This document shows positions 56,219 to 64,000 of a DNA stretch of 64,000 nucleotides, piece by piece. The notes under the pieces are model-generated. The model saw nothing but the letters and a program-made list of their open reading frames with translations. It searched no databases and was not told the DNA's origin. Every line of letters begins with the position of its first letter. The stretch's first letter is position 1. Origin of the DNA: Candidatus Doudnabacteria bacterium (GTDB taxonomy: Bacteria > Patescibacteriota > Doudnabacteria > UBA920); the NCBI GenBank assembly GCA_003151625.1, contig PLYC01000020.1:28981-92980 (forward strand). The letters run 5' to 3'. A program made the position numbers and the translations under genes.

Positions 56219-56332
56219 TTTACCATCCAAAAATTTTTCAATTTTTCTCAAGTTAGTAATAAGCTAATAAAATAAACAGTCCCTTGAATAATTAAATTTT
56301 GCTAAATACAGGCAAAAAACTTAGGCGAAAAA

Positions 56333-56653
56333 ATGCCAAAAAATATAACTCTCAATTTTGGGGATTTAAAAAACTTCTCCGGAAAATTAATTCAGAATCT
56401 AAGGTGGGTATTTTTTGCCGTGTTTTTGCTTATATTGGCGCTCGAAGCCTTTCAGGTTAAAAATTCTTTTTCCGTGGCGCTTAACATTAATCAGGAGGTG
56501 CCGGTTGTGGGGTCTGTCAGAGAGGTTAGAATTAATTTTGACAATTACAATCAGGCCATAAATAGAATACAGCAGGCCGCTAATTATGTGCCAACCGGGG
56601 GGGTAACCAAAAATCCTTTTGCCGTTCAAGTTGTGCTTCAGCCGGCGCAATAA
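56333..56653 (+). CDS. small membrane-anchored hypothetical protein (possible PilP-like component)
   Basis: 106 aa, one TM helix; follows pilO. Confidence 0.35.
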   Translation: MPKNITLNFGDLKNFSGKLIQNLRWVFFAVFLLILALEAFQVKNSFSVALNINQEVPVVGSVREVRINFDNYNQAINRIQQAANYVPTGGVTKNPFAVQVVLQPAQ

Positions 56654-56743
56654 TTCTTAATTTTGACGCAAAGACTCTATAAAAAAAGACAGTCTTTCAT
56701 TGGTAAAGATTGCCATTTTTGGTTATAATAATAGCTGTATTCT

Positions 56744-56820
56744 GACCTCGTAGCTCATTTGGATAGAGCGCTTGGCTTCGAACCAAGAGGCAGCAAGTTC
56801 GAATCTTGCCGAGGTCACCA
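56744..56820 (+). tRNA. tRNA-Arg (anticodon UCG), CCA encoded
   Basis: GACCTCG acceptor stem pairs CGAGGTC; D-arm GCTC..GAGC; anticodon arm CTTGG-CTTCGAA-CCAAG (UCG); T-arm GCAAG-TTCGAAT-CTTGC; 3' ACCA. Confidence 0.85.
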
Positions 56821-56932
56821 CTTTTTTGGGGAGCAAAAAAGTGCTCTGTACCCGTCGGCCTTTAGGTTTGAGTTATACAGGGCTGAGCACCTATTGAAAA
56901 AAGGCACAGTTTAGTGTAAAATATCAGTTATT

Positions 56933-57008
56933 GGGTTGGTAGCTCAGTTGGTAGAGCAGCGGACTCTTAATCCGCTTGTCGAGGGTTCGATCCCCTCCCA
57001 ACCCACCA
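56933..57008 (+). tRNA. tRNA-Lys (anticodon CUU), CCA encoded
   Basis: GGGTTGG/CCAACCC acceptor; anticodon arm GCGGA-CTCTTAA-TCCGC (CUU); T-arm GAGGG-TTCGATC-CCCTC; 3' ACCA. Confidence 0.85.
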
Positions 57009-58515
57009 AGATATTACACAAAGGAATTTTTCCAACTTTCCCAAGGGCTGCGCTTAGCGCAGCCCATTGTGTTTGTGGGGTGAATTCAATTTTTTGATTT
57101 TTTAAAAACAGGTGCGAGCCGAAGATTTTTTGTGCAGCGGATTTTTTGGGGTGCAGTTCGGGCGAAAGCGTTATTTCGCCCAAGTTTTGTGCGTCTTTTA
57201 AGAAGTTTTTGAGAGGTGCGAGCCAAGCGTTCTGCTTTTGTTCCAAGCGGGCTATTTGCTCCGTGAGCGTCTTTTTTTCTAAGGTTAGTTTGTTCTTCTC
57301 CTGTCTGTACTTTTCAGGATCAATATCCTGTTCTAAGTAGCCCTGAAACAGGCGATCCTGCTTGCGGTCAATGTCTTGTATTTTTAACCGCAAGTCCTGG
57401 ACAAAAACCGCGGTGGTTTGCAAGGCTTTATCCTTGTCCCTGTCAGCCATAGCTTCCAACTCCTTGCCCCACTCTTTAGGCATAATAAAGCTTTTAAGGA
57501 CACTAGACAACTGCTTGTCCAGTTCCTCTGATCTGATATGTAGCTGGGAACAGGTAGTGTTTTTTTTGGTACAACGGTAATACAGATAGTGGTGGACATT
57601 ACCATTTTTTTGATGTTTGGTCTTAGTTTCAGCGGTAATGCTCCTGCCGCACTCCCCGCAGTGAAATAGGCCGCATAAGGGTTTCGGGTCACTGACTTGG
57701 CGGCTGGCTTTACCCCGCTGTTTTAAGACTTCCTGTACTTGATCAAATAGTTGCTTGGTAACAATGGGCTGATGTTTGCCTTGGTGGAGTTCCCCGCCAT
57801 ACCGGAACAAGCCACAATAAAAAGGATTGGATAAAATATAACAGGCTTGGTCACGCTTCATGGAATTACCGCCCGCGCTTTGCCAACGCATGGTGGCTTT
57901 GGTTTCAATCCCATTGGCAAAAAAGAATGTAGCTATATCTTCCAAGCTATATCGGCTCTCGGCATACCGTTCAAAGGCTTGTTTGACTATTGGTGCTGTA
58001 TTTTTATCCAGGGTTATAGTCTTGCTCCGTAAGTCATTAAAATAACCCAAAGGAGCAAGACCCGGGTATTCCCCGCGCTTAGCTTTTTGGTAAAGTCCTC
58101 GCTTGGTGTTAGTGCTTAGATCGCGGACGTACTGATTGGCTATGCCGAATTCAACGTTCATGAGCATGACGTTATCGTTAGAGTAATAGCCGCGTTCAGG
58201 AGTTTGAATATGCTTTACAGTTCCTTCCTGTAACAACCATTCAATCTGGGCTGCGTCCACGGGATTGCGGGCTAGCCTATCTAATTTCCAGCAGATAATC
58301 CCAAGAGCCTCACCCTTTTGTATGCGGGCAAGCATATCGGCAAAGGCAGGGCGGCCCGGCCGTTTGGCTGATTGTTTTTCGATAAATTCAGCGGAAATGG
58401 TTAATCCTTGCTCTTTTGCCAGCAATCTTAAAACAGCAAGCTGGTCTTCTATTGACCGGACTTGCTTGTCTTCCACGTCAGTGGATTTACGGGCGTATAA
58501 AAAGTAATTCGACAT
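56944..58515 (-). CDS. large serine recombinase (resolvase/invertase catalytic domain + recombinase + zinc-ribbon/coiled-coil domains)
   Basis: 523 aa; N-terminal YARKSTDVEDKQVRSIEDQ (catalytic Ser region), ICWKLDRLARN, Cys cluster CGLFHCGECG...C; the last ~25 codons run antisense through tRNA-Lys (..GIEPSTSGLRVRCSTN), so the true 3' end is uncertain. Confidence 0.8.
   Translation of the reverse strand: MSNYFLYARKSTDVEDKQVRSIEDQLAVLRLLAKEQGLTISAEFIEKQSAKRPGRPAFADMLARIQKGEALGIICWKLDRLARNPVDAAQIEWLLQEGTVKHIQTPERGYYSNDNVMLMNVEFGIANQYVRDLSTNTKRGLYQKAKRGEYPGLAPLGYFNDLRSKTITLDKNTAPIVKQAFERYAESRYSLEDIATFFFANGIETKATMRWQSAGGNSMKRDQACYILSNPFYCGLFRYGGELHQGKHQPIVTKQLFDQVQEVLKQRGKASRQVSDPKPLCGLFHCGECGRSITAETKTKHQKNGNVHHYLYYRCTKKNTTCSQLHIRSEELDKQLSSVLKSFIMPKEWGKELEAMADRDKDKALQTTAVFVQDLRLKIQDIDRKQDRLFQGYLEQDIDPEKYRQEKNKLTLEKKTLTEQIARLEQKQNAWLAPLKNFLKDAQNLGEITLSPELHPKKSAAQKIFGSHLFLKNQKIEFTPQTQWAALSAALGKVGKIPLCNILVGWEGIEPSTSGLRVRCSTN
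57044..57064 (+). terminator. stem-loop GGGCTGCGC-tta-GCGCAGCCC downstream of the tRNA pair
   Basis: Perfect 9-bp GC-rich stem followed by ATTGTGTTTGTGG. Confidence 0.4.
57090..57150. repeat. 61-bp inverted repeat, left copy (inside the 3' region of the recombinase ORF)
   Basis: TTTTTGATTTTTTAAAAACAGGTGCGAGCCGAAGATTTTTTGTGCAGCGGATTTTTTGGGG is the exact reverse complement of 60844-60904. Confidence 0.85.
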
Positions 58516-58518
58516 TTT

Positions 58519-59145
58519 TTAAAATTCTTTCCTTAAAACCCCAATAACTTTCCCCTGTACCTCAACATTTTTTTCATAAAATGGTTTCATGGTCTTGTTA
58601 GCAGGAACAAGCTTAATACGATTTTTTTCGTGGAAAATCTTTTTGAGAGTAACGGAGTTTTGGTCTGGTAAATAAGCAACTGCCTTTTCCCCGTCATTAA
58701 CTGTTGACTGCTCGCGGACAATAACGACATCCCCGTCAGAAATTCCCTCCTCAATCATACTCGTGCCTGACACTTTCAAGGCGTAATGGTTAGCTCCTCT
58801 TGAGAGCATACTACGCGGCACTTCTATTGGTTCGGGGTTCCTGATTACCTCAATTGGCCCACCGGCGGCAATAAGACCCATAAGTGGTATCTCTACTAAA
58901 TCGCCCTTGCGGTCATTGAAGGCTTGGATTGAGCGCCTCCTGCCCTTATGAAAGGCGAGAAGCTTCTTTTTGCGTAAATAGGAAACATGCTGGTGAACCG
59001 TTGGAATGGAAATATCAAAATTGTTGGCAATTTCACCAAGAGAAGGGGCATAGCCTTTTTCTCTTTGAAATTTTATGATAAATTCTAAAATTTCGGCCTG
59101 TCTTTTCGATGGCTTGATTGTCCAAATACTTGACTGATTTTCCAT
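58519..59145 (-). CDS. lexA: LexA/CI-type repressor (HTH + S24 peptidase domain)
   Basis: 208 aa; HTH APSLGEIANNFDISIPTVHQHVSYLRKKKLL; cleavage-site-like IPLMGLIAAGGPIE (Ala-Gly); S24 motifs GTSMIEEGISDGDVVIV and K in VTLKK; 3-bp gap to recombinase gene (operon). Confidence 0.75.
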   Translation of the reverse strand: MENQSSIWTIKPSKRQAEILEFIIKFQREKGYAPSLGEIANNFDISIPTVHQHVSYLRKKKLLAFHKGRRRSIQAFNDRKGDLVEIPLMGLIAAGGPIEVIRNPEPIEVPRSMLSRGANHYALKVSGTSMIEEGISDGDVVIVREQSTVNDGEKAVAYLPDQNSVTLKKIFHEKNRIKLVPANKTMKPFYEKNVEVQGKVIGVLRKEF

Positions 59146-59244
59146 AATGGTATTATACTACCTAAAGATAACCTAAACAAGTGTGCGTTATCCACAATGC
59201 ATAAAAAGCTAATTTGGATAAAAAATTAATTTTTTAAACTATAT

Positions 59245-60300
59245 ATGGCATACGAAGTTGACTATCTTCCCGTAGGGGAAGGACAAAGATCCGGGGACGC
59301 AATAGTTTTGCGGTTTGGTAATTTTACCGGCCCCAGAGACCAGCAATATATCATTGTTATAGACGGCGGGTACAAGGAGTCTGGCGAGGCTCTGGTTAAG
59401 CATATTAACTATTACTATGGAACCAATGAAGTAAACTTAGTGATTTCCACACACCCTGACATAGACCATGCGTCAGGCCTGTGTAGCATTCTCGAAAATA
59501 TGGATGTTAAAGAGCTGTGGATGCATAAACCTTGGGAACATGCCCAGGACATAAAGAACTTTTTCAAAAATGGCCAAATTACCGCCTCCGGTCTTCAAGA
59601 AAAAATTGAAAAATCGCTCCAATATGCCAGCGACTTGGACTCTATAGCCCAAAAAAAGCGCATACCAATTTTTGAACCTTTCCAAGGCCTCAATGCTGGA
59701 GGTGTTATCCAAGTCCTTGGCCCTTCAAAAGATTACTATCAAAATTTATTACCGCACCTCAAGGATATGCCAGCACCGAAACCATCCCTCGGCATATTTG
59801 CTCCGCTCATCAAAAAAGCAGAGGAAGCGGTCGAATGGATAGAGGATAATATGAACGTGGATTTGCTAAATGACGATGATGATGCAACCTCCGCCAGCAA
59901 CAACACGAGCACGATTATTCTCTTTAATCTCGACGGGCACAAACTCCTTTTTACAGGGGACGCGGGTAAAACCGCTTTGTTCAATGCCATCACATACGCG
60001 GAAAGCCTGCCAACCCCAATTCTGCTTTCCGACCTCCATTTTCTAGATGTTCCCCATCACGGGAGCAAGCGCAATATCAGTAGCAAAATTTTGAGAAAAA
60101 TCAAAACCCAGACCGCCTTCGTTTCCGCCCCAAAAGATTCGGATAAGCACCCCGCCAAAAAGACCACCAACGCCCTGCAAAAGCACGGCGCATATGTTTT
60201 TGTAACCCGCGGAACGTCATTACTACAGCATAACCAAGGAAACGCGCGTGGCTGGGGCAATGCTCAAGCTGAACCGTTTCACCCTAAGGTAGAAGTATAA
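59245..60300 (+). CDS. metallo-beta-lactamase-fold hydrolase
   Basis: 351 aa; ISTHPDIDHASGL (HxDxDH-type motif), later DVPHHGS. Confidence 0.7.
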   Translation: MAYEVDYLPVGEGQRSGDAIVLRFGNFTGPRDQQYIIVIDGGYKESGEALVKHINYYYGTNEVNLVISTHPDIDHASGLCSILENMDVKELWMHKPWEHAQDIKNFFKNGQITASGLQEKIEKSLQYASDLDSIAQKKRIPIFEPFQGLNAGGVIQVLGPSKDYYQNLLPHLKDMPAPKPSLGIFAPLIKKAEEAVEWIEDNMNVDLLNDDDDATSASNNTSTIILFNLDGHKLLFTGDAGKTALFNAITYAESLPTPILLSDLHFLDVPHHGSKRNISSKILRKIKTQTAFVSAPKDSDKHPAKKTTNALQKHGAYVFVTRGTSLLQHNQGNARGWGNAQAEPFHPKVEV

Positions 60301-60303
60301 AAT

Positions 60304-60795
60304 ATGAAGGAGCTATTAGATAAACTAACGTCCTACAACCTTTTTAATTACCTCCTGCCCGGAGTGTTATTTGTTACACTTTCGGGCAAACTTTCAGCCA
60401 ACTCCTTGACTCTAGGTGACGCTATGGTCGGGGCTTTCGTCTGCTACTTTATTGGTTTAATAATCAGCCGATTCGGCTCGCTTATTATTGGGCCGACACT
60501 AAAAAAAATTTCTTTTGTAAAATTTACCGGCTACTCGGCTTACGTTTCCGCCTCCAAACAGGATCCAACCCTCGAAACCCTCTCGGAGGTAAATAATATG
60601 TACCGGACACTAAGTTCAATGCTTGTCCTTTTAGCATTATTTAAATTTTATGAATGGATTGAGCTACAGCTACCCGGCCTAAAGGCATGGAATAATTACA
60701 TTCTCATCGCACTGCTCTTAATTCTTTTTCTATATTCTTATAGAAAGCAAACCCAGTTTATTACAAATAGAATTAAAGCAAATAACGGACAATAA
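60304..60795 (+). CDS. small integral membrane protein (hypothetical)
   Basis: 163 aa, 4 hydrophobic helices. Confidence 0.4.
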   Translation: MKELLDKLTSYNLFNYLLPGVLFVTLSGKLSANSLTLGDAMVGAFVCYFIGLIISRFGSLIIGPTLKKISFVKFTGYSAYVSASKQDPTLETLSEVNNMYRTLSSMLVLLALFKFYEWIELQLPGLKAWNNYILIALLLILFLYSYRKQTQFITNRIKANNGQ

Positions 60796-60842
60796 ATTTT
60801 TTAATTTTGTTTCCCATGCGTCTTGCGTTCTGCGCCCTGCGT

Positions 60843-60905
60843 CCCCCAAAAAATCCGCTGCACAAAAAATCTTCGGCTCGCACCTGTTTTTAAAAAATCA
60901 AAAAC
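60843..60905. repeat. 61-bp inverted repeat, right copy, abutting the holA start codon; preceded by four TGCG(T) heptad repeats (60816-60843)
   Basis: CCCCAAAAAATCCGCTGCACAAAAAATCTTCGGCTCGCACCTGTTTTTAAAAAATCAAAAA; ATG of holA at 60906. Confidence 0.85.
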
Positions 60906-61886
60906 ATGATTACCCTGCTTTTAGGTTCAGACGACTTTTCCAAGAAAAATTTTATAGACGCTCTCGTTTTAAACAAGGGGGCGTTTTTATCCGTGTTTTC
61001 TGAAGCCACCGAAATTCCGGAAACCGGCGCCCTTTTGGAATCGGACTTGTTTTCCAAACCCAAGGTTTTTGTTTTGCAAAATATAATGCCGGATTTTGGG
61101 TCTGTGAATTTGGAGAAGTGTATTTTAACCCTAAATCAAATTGTAATTTCCCTAAAGTCCCTGGACAAAAGAAAGAAAGAAAACAAGGAACTGCTCTCAA
61201 ATCCAAAAATTACTGTAAAAGAATTTTCTTTGCCGCACGGCAGGGAGTTGGACAAGTGGATACAAAACCGCGTTTCTTTTTACAAGGGTAAAATTTCGCA
61301 AAACGCGACCGAAGCTTTGGCTGTCCGTTTGGGTCGGGATAACGGCAAGGAAACCAAAGTCGCAGGCAAGGTTATAGCCGTGGAAGAAGTTTTTGATTTG
61401 TGGCAGGCGGACAGCGAAATCCAAAAGCTTTTGGCCTTTGCAGAAGGAGGGGAAATTAGCCGCCAGGCAGTTTTGGATTTGGTCCCGGAGAACGCGGAAG
61501 TGGATGTATTTGATTTAACCAATGCCATTGCCGATAATCAAAAACAAAAAACTATGGAACTTTTGGGGCGTTTTTTAAAAGAGCAAACCGGCGGTGACGA
61601 GAAGGGCTCCATAATCCAGTTAAACGCCTTGCTTGGCGAGCAGTTTCGCAATGTAGCCATAGTTCAAGATTTTATGGCCGTAAAAAAACCCGAAAATGAA
61701 ATTTTGGACGCTACTGGTTGGAAACCAGGCAGGTTGTTTGTAATGAAAAAAATTGCCTCGCGTTTTCCCGCGAAAAAAATTATCGATCTGCTTAACAAAC
61801 TGGAAGCCCTGGATGAAGAACTAAAAAGTTCCAGCATCCCTCCCAGGGTATTGCTAGATTTAATTTTATCGCAACTATTTATTTAA
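60906..61886 (+). CDS. holA: DNA polymerase III delta subunit-like (HolA)
   Basis: 326 aa; LLLGSDDFSKKNFIDAL N-terminus and overall length typical of delta subunit; moderate confidence. Confidence 0.5.
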   Translation: MITLLLGSDDFSKKNFIDALVLNKGAFLSVFSEATEIPETGALLESDLFSKPKVFVLQNIMPDFGSVNLEKCILTLNQIVISLKSLDKRKKENKELLSNPKITVKEFSLPHGRELDKWIQNRVSFYKGKISQNATEALAVRLGRDNGKETKVAGKVIAVEEVFDLWQADSEIQKLLAFAEGGEISRQAVLDLVPENAEVDVFDLTNAIADNQKQKTMELLGRFLKEQTGGDEKGSIIQLNALLGEQFRNVAIVQDFMAVKKPENEILDATGWKPGRLFVMKKIASRFPAKKIIDLLNKLEALDEELKSSSIPPRVLLDLILSQLFI

Positions 61887-61993
61887 TTTAAAATGCTCTT
61901 CGTTGGTAGAGCGTTTTAAAACGTCGATCCTTTTGCATTATTGTACTAGTACGCTAGTGCAAAAGGACTCATAGTTGGAATTTTTGATAATAG

Positions 61994-63925
61994 TTATTTT
62001 CTTTCCGAACGCTTTCTTTCGGTGGCGTTTAAGATTTTTTTGCGAATTCTAATCGACTGCGGAGTAACTTCCACCAGTTCGTCGGCGCCTACGTATTCCA
62101 AAGCAAAGTCCAGTTCTACCGGGCGGTGGGGGGTTAAAATTATGGCTTCGTCGGTTCCGGAGGAGCGGATGTTGGTGAGTTTTTTGGTTTTGCAGACGTT
62201 AAGCTCAATATCGCTGTCCAGCGCGTTTCTGCCCACAACCATGCCCTCGTAAATTTCCACGGCAGGGCCTATAAACAAAATTCCGCGCTCCTGGGCGTTG
62301 TTAAGGCCGTAGGAGTTAGAAAGTCCCGTTTCGCTGGAAACAAGGCTGCCGTGCTCGTTGGCTTTGGTATCTATTTCGTGTGCCGGCTTATAGCTGTCAA
62401 AAATATTGTTAATAACCGCTGTGCCGCGCGTGCGCGTCATCATCAGGTTTTTAAGGCCAATCAGCCCCCGCGTAGGGATTAAATATTCCGCGTGAATGTC
62501 GCCGGAAGGGTTGGTGTCCAGGTGCTGCATTTGTCCGCCGCGGCGGCCAAGCTCTTCTATAATTACTCCTTGATGCTCTGCGGGCACATCAATAGTCACG
62601 ATTTCATACGGTTCCATTTTTATAGCATCTTTGTCATTAGAATCCGTTGGGATGTAGTGCAGGCCATCGGCCTGCTTGGTGTGGAGGCCAGTGGCCTCCG
62701 CTACATCAACCTTCTTCATATAATGGTAAATAACTTCGGGCTGGGAAACTTGCAGTTCAAAACCTTCGCGTCTCATGGTTTCCACCAAAACCGCCAAGTG
62801 TAATTCACCTCGGCCGGAGACTAAAAAAGAATCCGAGCCTTGTTCAAGGCCGTCTACTTTTAAGGCAACGTTGGTTTCCAGTTCTTTAATTAAACGTTCA
62901 CGAAGCTGACGGGAGGTGACAAACTTTCCTTCGCGTCCGGCAAACGGGGAAGTGTTAACGCCAAAAGTCATTTTAATGGTCGGCGGTTCAATTTCCACCG
63001 GGGGAAGGATTTTTGGATTTATGGGGTCGGTAAGGGTATCGCCAATATGGATGTCGTCAAAACCGCCAATGGCAACTATGTCGCCGGCCACGGCTTCTTC
63101 CACGTCTATTTGTTTTAAACCCTCATACATTTGCAGGGCGGAAATTTTATCGGTCTTTTTTGTGCCGTCCGCTTTAATTAAAAGAGTATTTTGGCCTTTT
63201 TTTACGCTGCCGGACTGCACTTTGCCAATTCCCAAACGTCCTTTGTAGTTGTCGTAAGCCAGAGCCAAAATTTGTATGGCAAACACGTCATCCATTTCCA
63301 CATTCGGCGCGGGGATATGTTTAATAATCGCTTCAAAAAGCGGGGAGATGTCGGGCGGAGTGTTAGGGTCCGCAATTTTTGTAAGTAAATCTTCTGCGGA
63401 ATCGCTGGCCAGCCCGCGGATGCCGGAAGAATATATAATAGGAAAATCCAGCTGTTTGTGGGTGGCGTTTAATTTTACGAATAAATCAAAAGTATGATTA
63501 ACGGTGTGGTCAATTTGCGCATCGGGCTTATCTATTTTGTTTATGACCACAATGGCCTGCAGGCCAAGTTCCAAAGCCTTTTTTAACACGAATTTGGTTT
63601 GGGGCATTGGGCCTTCTTTGGCGTCTACCAGTAACAGCACGCCATCAGCCATCTTTAAAGTACGCTCGACCTCGCCGCCAAAATCCGCGTGGCCCGGAGT
63701 GTCCACAATATTAATTTTGTAATCTTTGTAAATTAAGCTGGCGTTTTTGGCCTTAATGGTAATGCCGCGTTCGCGTTCAAGGTCCATGCTGTCCATTATT
63801 AAATCCTTGGTCTCGGGGCTGTCCTTGACCGTGTGGGTTTGTTTGAGCATAGCGTCCACCATTGTGGTTTTGCCGTGGTCAACGTGGGCGATTATAGCGA
63901 TGTTGCGGATGTTGTCTCTTTTCAT
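61994..63925 (-). CDS. typA: translational GTPase TypA/BipA
   Basis: 643 aa; [45 protein letters not shown]-domain motifs and EF-G-like domains II-V; matches TypA rather than LepA N-terminus. Confidence 0.85.
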   Translation of the reverse strand: MKRDNIRNIAIIAHVDHGKTTMVDAMLKQTHTVKDSPETKDLIMDSMDLERERGITIKAKNASLIYKDYKINIVDTPGHADFGGEVERTLKMADGVLLLVDAKEGPMPQTKFVLKKALELGLQAIVVINKIDKPDAQIDHTVNHTFDLFVKLNATHKQLDFPIIYSSGIRGLASDSAEDLLTKIADPNTPPDISPLFEAIIKHIPAPNVEMDDVFAIQILALAYDNYKGRLGIGKVQSGSVKKGQNTLLIKADGTKKTDKISALQMYEGLKQIDVEEAVAGDIVAIGGFDDIHIGDTLTDPINPKILPPVEIEPPTIKMTFGVNTSPFAGREGKFVTSRQLRERLIKELETNVALKVDGLEQGSDSFLVSGRGELHLAVLVETMRREGFELQVSQPEVIYHYMKKVDVAEATGLHTKQADGLHYIPTDSNDKDAIKMEPYEIVTIDVPAEHQGVIIEELGRRGGQMQHLDTNPSGDIHAEYLIPTRGLIGLKNLMMTRTRGTAVINNIFDSYKPAHEIDTKANEHGSLVSSETGLSNSYGLNNAQERGILFIGPAVEIYEGMVVGRNALDSDIELNVCKTKKLTNIRSSGTDEAIILTPHRPVELDFALEYVGADELVEVTPQSIRIRKKILNATERKRSERK

Positions 63926-63966
63926 TAACGAAGTTCCTTACAATGAGTTAAGGCTATAAAAAGCTG

Positions 63967-63985
63967 ATCAGCGTGTGATCAGCGT
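63967..63985 (+). promoter_or_regulatory. two (possibly three, truncated by window end) direct repeats of ATCAGCGT with 11-bp spacing upstream of typA
   Basis: GATCAGCGTGTGATCAGCGT at 63966-63985; AATCAG again at 63995-64000. Confidence 0.4.
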
Positions 63986-64000
63986 TGGAGTTTAAATCAG

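Larger units (their letters stand above)
57090..60905. mobile_element. candidate integrative/invertible element next to tRNA-Lys: serine recombinase, LexA/CI repressor, MBL hydrolase, membrane protein, bounded by 61-bp inverted repeats
   Basis: Recombinase gene ends antisense within tRNA-Lys; repressor-recombinase operon; perfect long IRs at both ends. Confidence 0.45.

Noticed and set aside
56821-56932. Possible structured RNA in the 112-bp spacer between the two tRNAs (GTGCTC...GAGCAC ends)
   Set aside because: Only a 6-bp terminal complementarity; no convincing extended stem or conserved motif could be traced by eye.
56944-57008. C-terminal tail of the recombinase ORF (..GIEPSTSGLRVRCSTN) as genuine protein sequence
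   Set aside because: GIEPST-type peptides are the characteristic antisense translation of tRNA T-arm/acceptor sequences; coding of the last ~20-25 residues is doubtful, only the ORF's lack of an earlier stop keeps it in the feature.
59188-59196. TTATCCACA DnaA box as evidence of a replication origin
   Set aside because: Single box, no cluster of DnaA boxes, no dnaA/dnaN nearby and no AT-rich unwinding element; more likely part of the repressor operator or coincidental.
1-64000. rRNA genes, CRISPR-Cas loci, IS elements with transposase ORFs
   Set aside because: No rRNA-like conserved stretches, no cas-like or DDE-transposase-like ORFs, and no long tandem repeat arrays were seen anywhere in the window.

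Overview
The window is a 64-kb stretch of a moderately AT-rich bacterial genome with tightly packed, overlapping genes and weak Shine-Dalgarno sequences. The gene content and architecture (extensive glycan loci, a type IV pilus assembly operon, small intergenic structured repeats) resemble small-genome Patescibacteria/CPR-type organisms, but that is inference only. It is dominated by cell-surface glycan biosynthesis.

Main blocks:
- A low-GC minus-strand operon (1-10219): a UDP-2-acetamido-6-deoxy-L-hexose-type pathway pair (FnlA/PseB-like dehydratase plus RmlD/WbvR-like reductase), four GT2s, a GT4, a GtrB/ArnC-like polyprenyl-phosphate glycosyltransferase and a MOP flippase.
- A secreted Gly-Tyr-repeat Ig-domain surface protein (10520-12019), whose 3' end carries an inserted two-gene AbiEii-like nucleotidyltransferase cassette followed by a diverged duplicate of the gene's last 25 codons.
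- An O-antigen-ligase/TPR membrane protein, a GT4 carrying an in-frame palindromic insert, a transaldolase and an EEP-family nuclease/phosphatase.
- A roughly 27-kb plus-strand glycan operon (19014-46303). It contains a complete GDP-D-glycero-alpha-D-manno-heptose pathway (GmhA, HddA, GmhB, HddC) with dehydratase/reductase/oxidoreductase and methyltransferase tailoring genes, two paralogous MBOAT plus SGNH O-acyltransferase pairs, a Wzx flippase, several glycosyltransferases and a WbaP/PglC-type initiating sugar transferase.
- Inside that operon is a contiguous AcpS-FkbH-ACP-MaoC-MBOAT-SGNH module (38749-44117). It looks like a carrier-protein-dependent (Dlt-like) acylation system using an FkbH-type C3 loader, and it is the most novel-looking system here.
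- Downstream: a low-GC secreted lipase-like multidomain protein, an ArsR-type regulator bracketed by twin 24-28 bp palindromes, and a pilB-(gap)-pilC-pilM-pilN-pilO operon with unusual repeat-rich upstream regions.
- tRNA-Arg and tRNA-Lys, followed by a roughly 3.8-kb island (large serine recombinase, LexA/CI-type repressor, MBL hydrolase, membrane protein) bounded by perfect 61-bp inverted repeats.
- holA and typA/bipA.

A family of short intergenic structured repeats and an ATCAGCGT direct-repeat motif recur in several regulatory regions.
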